Positions 59,272 through 64,000 of a DNA stretch of 64,000 bases are shown here, in pieces. Source of the DNA: an uncultured virus (IMG/VR IMGVR_UViG_3300034110_000988) (Duplodnaviria > Heunggongvirae > Uroviricota > Caudoviricetes). The position numbers were made by a program, and so were the translations under genes. The stretch's first letter is position 1, and every line of letters begins with the position of its first letter. The notes under the pieces were generated by a model. It was not told the origin of the DNA and did no database searches. It worked only from the letters and a program-made list of their open reading frames with translations. The DNA lies in IMG/VR virus record IMGVR_UViG_3300034110_000988. One strand, given 5' to 3'.

Positions 59272-60234
59272 ATGCTTAACGACTATATCGAAAACATTCA
59301 ATATATTGTTTCGGATCGCAAGCGGGGTGATACCTTTCTAGCGAATAATGCCGTTTTTCGATTGCCATGTCTATATCCACGACAATTGGCCGAGTATCAC
59401 AATAACCCGTCGATGGTTATTGAAGCATTGCTTAAACCTATTCTTGAAAGCGAACCTAGTGAATTCATGGTCGTTTCTGATTTTGTGAGCCATAATTCCG
59501 TTTATACGCTTTACACTGTTAAAACTGATAACATTTCAAAAGTTCTTACTTTATTTGCTGATGAACAACTTAGAATCGCTCAACAAAATGATTTGATTAT
59601 TCGCACAGAATTTTCTAATTTTTTTGAGAATTTTTTTGAAGAATTCTTTGTAGCTGACGATTTCAAAGAGAAGTTTTTCACTGACTTAAAGACAAAAAGT
59701 GTATCGACCGATTTTCGTGTTTCTGGATCTCTTGCCCCTAATAGATTTATAGAAAAGTCTAATTTTTATTTAGTTGACATTAATATTAAATTTACGCCAG
59801 AACATGAAGCGTTTTTGCGAAATGTATTAAATATTAAAACGACATTTAAACTCTTATATCGTGGATATGTCTCATTTAATGGTGACTTTACTGTCCGTGA
59901 GTTTAATTTGAAGTTGTTTTCAGAAAATGATCTTCATCGTGAACATCTCGAATACTCTCGTTCATCACCAACGTATGGTTTCATTAGGTCTACAAAAAAA
60001 GCACATCCTTATGTGTATGATAAAAATCCAAAATCATTTTTTACTCTTTTTAAGAAAGAAGATTATAAATTGACCTTGTATGAACTTTTGAAATTTCACA
60101 ATGACTCAGACACACTTGCAAAATACACTGCAATGTTTCCTGAGTTATACTGTCCATCAGCGTATGATTTCGCCAATCTATCTCTGGACGAATGGGATAC
60201 TCGTTTTATACTTCAAGACATGATTGATATTTAA
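59272..60234 (+). CDS. hypothetical protein, MxxI family
   Basis: Ends FILQDMIDI; C-terminus similar to 39625..40299. Confidence 0.75.
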   Translation: MLNDYIENIQYIVSDRKRGDTFLANNAVFRLPCLYPRQLAEYHNNPSMVIEALLKPILESEPSEFMVVSDFVSHNSVYTLYTVKTDNISKVLTLFADEQLRIAQQNDLIIRTEFSNFFENFFEEFFVADDFKEKFFTDLKTKSVSTDFRVSGSLAPNRFIEKSNFYLVDINIKFTPEHEAFLRNVLNIKTTFKLLYRGYVSFNGDFTVREFNLKLFSENDLHREHLEYSRSSPTYGFIRSTKKAHPYVYDKNPKSFFTLFKKEDYKLTLYELLKFHNDSDTLAKYTAMFPELYCPSAYDFANLSLDEWDTRFILQDMIDI

Positions 60235-60283
60235 TAATTATATTTGTGTGGTATACTGTTAATATCTAATTACAATATATAAC

Positions 60284-62116
60284 ATGAATTTAAAAGACGG
60301 TTTAAGAAGTATTGAATCATTAAACAACATTGTTCACTATGAATCACTACATGGCGAAAATGATGTCCGTTTGAATTATAATGAAATGACCTTTATTCCT
60401 TATCTCAGTAAGAATAAAGGAAACAAATATATTAGAAATAAAAATGCTCTTAAAGATGCTGTTGAAACACTGGCTGGTTTCGTTTCTATTATTGAAGAAA
60501 CCGATTTGAATACATTGACGACCATACCAGATGTCGTTAAATTTTCAGCTCGTTTTTCAAGAGGCTTGTTTGATTCTGATGGCATTTCTGCACACACCAA
60601 AACACAAGCAGAATTTAATGGTGCATGGATAGACTTTTATGCGTATGGCATTAAAACTGACACTAAAAATCCACGTATTATTAATAAAATTGAAGACCAA
60701 CGTGAAGAAATCAATCATATTGGTCAAGAATTAGATAAAAAATACAAAGAGCTTAGTAACTTTCTTTTATTCCACTACACATTACTTCAACAACTACCAA
60801 AGTCTTTGTTACATGAAGAAGATCGTGCTTATGTGGTGAAGAGTATCAACACCTACACAGAACAAATGCCAGACATTAATAACATTCGTTTATTACAACA
60901 AAAATATCAAGACTTAAATAATCAGTTTCTGGTTGATATTAAACAACACATTGTTGATATTGCCCCTGACACCTTTATATCAAAAGCAGACGCTTTCATC
61001 TCGAAGGAACATGAACACCAAACTAACAATACTGTTGAAAACTTCTTGAATGCTAAGATGTTGTCAGAAGATGTGAAAGTTGCTCTTGAATTCACTGCAG
61101 CTCAAAAAATTCAAAAAGTCTTTTTATTTGATGATAAGAGCATCGCCTATAAAAGAAACAACGAGTATCATACGATTAAGGATTCGAACGCTATATCTCT
61201 GTTTATTAATGAACTTCACCATGACAGTCTATCTTTTATTCTTAGAAAAAAACCAACGACGATTGCGTTCTTTCAAAATAAATTAAAAGAAGATGGCGGT
61301 TACTCAAATGCCATTAAAGCCGCGAGTTCTTTTGTTGAGCATTCACAAGTATTAAAACAATATAACTTTGATTTAAATACCTTAAAAGACAAAGGATTTG
61401 AAGCGATTGATGACACTATCAACAACTTGGTTTACAAAAATAAAGTTAAACAGTTTGCATTCAGTATTTTGAGTGCTAAATATAAACACCATTTCAACAC
61501 TGAAACTGAACCTTATTTCAAAGACCTCTTTGACAATAATGTGACGACTTCTCAATTACAGACGTTTGTCGGCAAAAAGATTGCTGCTTTGAAATCAAAC
61601 GAAGATGTTATCAAGATGATCAATGGTATGTTGGATCACTTCAATGGATTTACACAAGAAGCTTTGACTGAAAAACTTCAATCTTTGGGGATTGAGAAGA
61701 TACATGACGCTAATAACGCTGTCAGTTTCGAAGTGTCTACCTATGAACAATGTAAGGCATTAGGTACCACATCTTGGTGTATTGTGCGTGATGAAGACTA
61801 TTTCAACCAGTATGTGCATGATAGAGGCAATCGCCAGTATATTATTTATGACTTCAATAAATTATCGACAGACATTGAATCCATGATTGGTTTCACCGTT
61901 GAAGACAATGGCGACATCTATGCTGAACACTGGAAAAATGATGATTCGATTAGTCGTTATAATAAAGCAGATATGTTGACTCACATTCAAACTAATACTA
62001 TTTATAATAACCAATCACGTCATTCTTTATCAGAAGGAACGATTGTTGATATGGAAGACATTCTTAATATAAAAGATGTCAAAAAGAATAAACCTTTAAA
62101 AATGAGAGTGGCATGA
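60284..62116 (+). CDS. large hypothetical protein A, copy 2
   Basis: Paralog of 55918..57762. Confidence 0.85.
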   Translation: MNLKDGLRSIESLNNIVHYESLHGENDVRLNYNEMTFIPYLSKNKGNKYIRNKNALKDAVETLAGFVSIIEETDLNTLTTIPDVVKFSARFSRGLFDSDGISAHTKTQAEFNGAWIDFYAYGIKTDTKNPRIINKIEDQREEINHIGQELDKKYKELSNFLLFHYTLLQQLPKSLLHEEDRAYVVKSINTYTEQMPDINNIRLLQQKYQDLNNQFLVDIKQHIVDIAPDTFISKADAFISKEHEHQTNNTVENFLNAKMLSEDVKVALEFTAAQKIQKVFLFDDKSIAYKRNNEYHTIKDSNAISLFINELHHDSLSFILRKKPTTIAFFQNKLKEDGGYSNAIKAASSFVEHSQVLKQYNFDLNTLKDKGFEAIDDTINNLVYKNKVKQFAFSILSAKYKHHFNTETEPYFKDLFDNNVTTSQLQTFVGKKIAALKSNEDVIKMINGMLDHFNGFTQEALTEKLQSLGIEKIHDANNAVSFEVSTYEQCKALGTTSWCIVRDEDYFNQYVHDRGNRQYIIYDFNKLSTDIESMIGFTVEDNGDIYAEHWKNDDSISRYNKADMLTHIQTNTIYNNQSRHSLSEGTIVDMEDILNIKDVKKNKPLKMRVA

Positions 62117-63519
62117 AGAAAGCAACCAGTAAAGAGTTCTTAGACTTATTAAACGATTTTAAAATAAAAAATAATATTGAAGGTAATACGTTTGATTATT
62201 ATGCAACGTTTAAATTTTATAAATCGACATTTTTGAATGGGTTTTATGATATGTCGTTGGTCAAAACTGATCATATTGAACACCCGGTCATGATTAAACA
62301 CTCAACGTCTAGTTTACTTGAATTGGGGGATGAAAGGTTCACAACATTAGGTGCTAACAATATAGACTATATACCTGTACTAAAAGATGAATATGTTGAC
62401 CATATAAAATACATGTTTAATGCTTTACAAAATAGTAACAGTTTTAAAAGTTTTGTTAATGCCGCTATTGCTGATACCCATAATGTTCATTCTAGTTTCA
62501 TTTCGAATAAAGACAACATTTATCCTCATCCTGATTTCAGAAATGAAAAAACAATTAAAATGGTAGATGCTTTTTTAGGGTTAAAGAATGCTGTAGAAGA
62601 GGAATTGAAACGAGAAAAAAGTAATGAAACTGGACTTCTTTACTATCTTGACAATTTAATTGAAAAAATGCCCCGTGATAGTCTAAGAAAGTATCAAATT
62701 GTCAGTGTTTTTAGAGGCCGCGAAACCAATGATCCAGATATTGTTATGGACAAACTTTATGAACAATTTGAGCCTCATTTTCAATTATTTAAAATTGAAA
62801 AAATGTTGAACTATGGTCGATTGCTGAATGCAATCACTGAAAAAGCTACGATTGATACACCATTGCTTAACCATTTTATTGAAACAATAAAAGAAGCCCA
62901 CCCAGAATGGTTTGTGACTTTTGATGAATCGTTAACTCATTGCATAACTGACGACAACGCTATTAGGGCTGCTGGCATACCTTTGGTTGATATGACGGCT
63001 GATTTTGATTTGATTGACCCCAAATCGTTTATGGCGACCGCCTATCCTAGCTATACTGATGGGTTTTCTCATATCTCTAACCGTTTTAAAGATGCTGAAA
63101 CAAACTTTGTTCATTTGTATGGTGATAATGTCTTTTTTAAGGCTTATTATCACAACCTTCATATCGAACAAGACAATGGCCTTACTTACTGTAAAAGTGT
63201 GGATTCGGATGTGGCGTTCTGTTTAAAAGATTCCAACAGAAAAGATTTCATTACACCTGTTTTAGATTACTTAGATAAAAACGAAATCGTTCTTAATCTT
63301 TCAAGAGACAGCACACTTTATCATCACATTAAAAAAGATGATTTAGCAGTATTAGTGAAAAGCGAATACCCTAATCTTGTTTTTATTAATGATGAACTTG
63401 GTTACAAGAAGTTAGGGGCTATTTTTGAGGCTAAAACTTATAAGGAAGCTCTTTCTATTTATCAAGGGACTGATGAGCAAGCGGTTGCTAAAAGAATAAA
63501 AAATAAAGCTGGTCTTTAA
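62113..63519 (+). CDS. hypothetical protein B, copy 2
   Basis: ATGA overlap; TDDNAIRAAG and VHLYGDNVFFK shared with copy 1. Confidence 0.85.
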   Translation: MKKATSKEFLDLLNDFKIKNNIEGNTFDYYATFKFYKSTFLNGFYDMSLVKTDHIEHPVMIKHSTSSLLELGDERFTTLGANNIDYIPVLKDEYVDHIKYMFNALQNSNSFKSFVNAAIADTHNVHSSFISNKDNIYPHPDFRNEKTIKMVDAFLGLKNAVEEELKREKSNETGLLYYLDNLIEKMPRDSLRKYQIVSVFRGRETNDPDIVMDKLYEQFEPHFQLFKIEKMLNYGRLLNAITEKATIDTPLLNHFIETIKEAHPEWFVTFDESLTHCITDDNAIRAAGIPLVDMTADFDLIDPKSFMATAYPSYTDGFSHISNRFKDAETNFVHLYGDNVFFKAYYHNLHIEQDNGLTYCKSVDSDVAFCLKDSNRKDFITPVLDYLDKNEIVLNLSRDSTLYHHIKKDDLAVLVKSEYPNLVFINDELGYKKLGAIFEAKTYKEALSIYQGTDEQAVAKRIKNKAGL

Positions 63520-63581
63520 AATAGCATTGTTATTTTAATAATTTTTTGATATAATTCCTTTTCAAATGAAGAGGATTTTTT

Positions 63582-63983
63582 ATGAAGTTTAATCTTACAC
63601 CTGTTGGTAGTGATTCAACGCCACGCTTTGAAGTAACCATTCAATATCTACATGGTGCCACTGACTACACCGTGCGTCATGATATAGCTGTTATTCCTAG
63701 CGGAGATCTTGGCGATCTAGAAAAATATATCACTCGTTTTAATGAACTCAGCCATATGGTGGAAGCAAATAGAACAGATGGTGTTGAGTATCCAGTAGAG
63801 TACCGAGGCGACTTCGAAGACTACTTTGCAATTTTTGAGGTTGAAGGTTTGGATGTTGTTTCCATTGAGTTGGTTAATGACGAAACTGATGATGATTTTG
63901 ATTGTTTTGCTCGTATGTCGATTACTGAAATCTTCTATTACAACGAGCATGGTGCAAAATTCAAAGTCGAAATTTCAGAGTAA
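63582..63983 (+). CDS. hypothetical protein
   Basis: GAGG RBS. Confidence 0.7.
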   Translation: MKFNLTPVGSDSTPRFEVTIQYLHGATDYTVRHDIAVIPSGDLGDLEKYITRFNELSHMVEANRTDGVEYPVEYRGDFEDYFAIFEVEGLDVVSIELVNDETDDDFDCFARMSITEIFYYNEHGAKFKVEISE

Positions 63984-64000
63984 TATTGTTTACAGGTCAC

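Noticed and set aside
1..64000. CRISPR array, integron attC sites, IS elements, integrase
   Set aside because: No regularly spaced repeats; the recurrent hairpins are terminators; no transposase or integrase motifs seen
1..64000. Alternative genetic code
   Set aside because: Known genes are intact under code 11; TAA, TGA and TAG all end genes; no suppressor tRNA

Overview
AT-rich window of about 105 mostly short, mostly + strand ORFs from a large mobile replicon (jumbo phage, phage-plasmid or megaplasmid). No virion, replication or conjugation core genes are present, so the replicon type cannot be settled from this window. Most genes are self-contained cassettes: sigma70-type promoter, RBS, ORF, intrinsic terminator. 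Recognisable genes are NhaP antiporter, UMP kinase PyrH, Pth2 peptidyl-tRNA hydrolase, GNAT, SMI1/KNR4, YjbR, SCP2, an Acb1-like 2H phosphodiesterase, MYG1 nuclease, an SLT lipoprotein, a DUF5565-type RNA ligase, a SAM methyltransferase and a secreted nuclease toxin-immunity pair. RNA genes are five canonical tRNAs (Leu-CAA, Leu-TAA x2, Arg-TCT, Gly-TCC), one atypical tRNA and a clear SRP (4.5S) RNA. NhaP and SCP2 resemble Pseudomonas proteins as I recall them, and the tRNA set reads A-ending codons, suggesting a GC-rich gammaproteobacterial host (inference). The most novel signals are: (1) the element-borne SRP RNA beside pth2; (2) a shared C-terminal M-x-x-I(stop) motif on about 10 otherwise divergent proteins; (3) a second protein class with basic C-terminal tails and SD-less leaders; (4) a tandem covarying pseudoknot RNA downstream of tRNA-Gly; (5) truncated or degenerate ATPase domains that may be defence decoys. 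All family calls come from motif recognition, not database searches.
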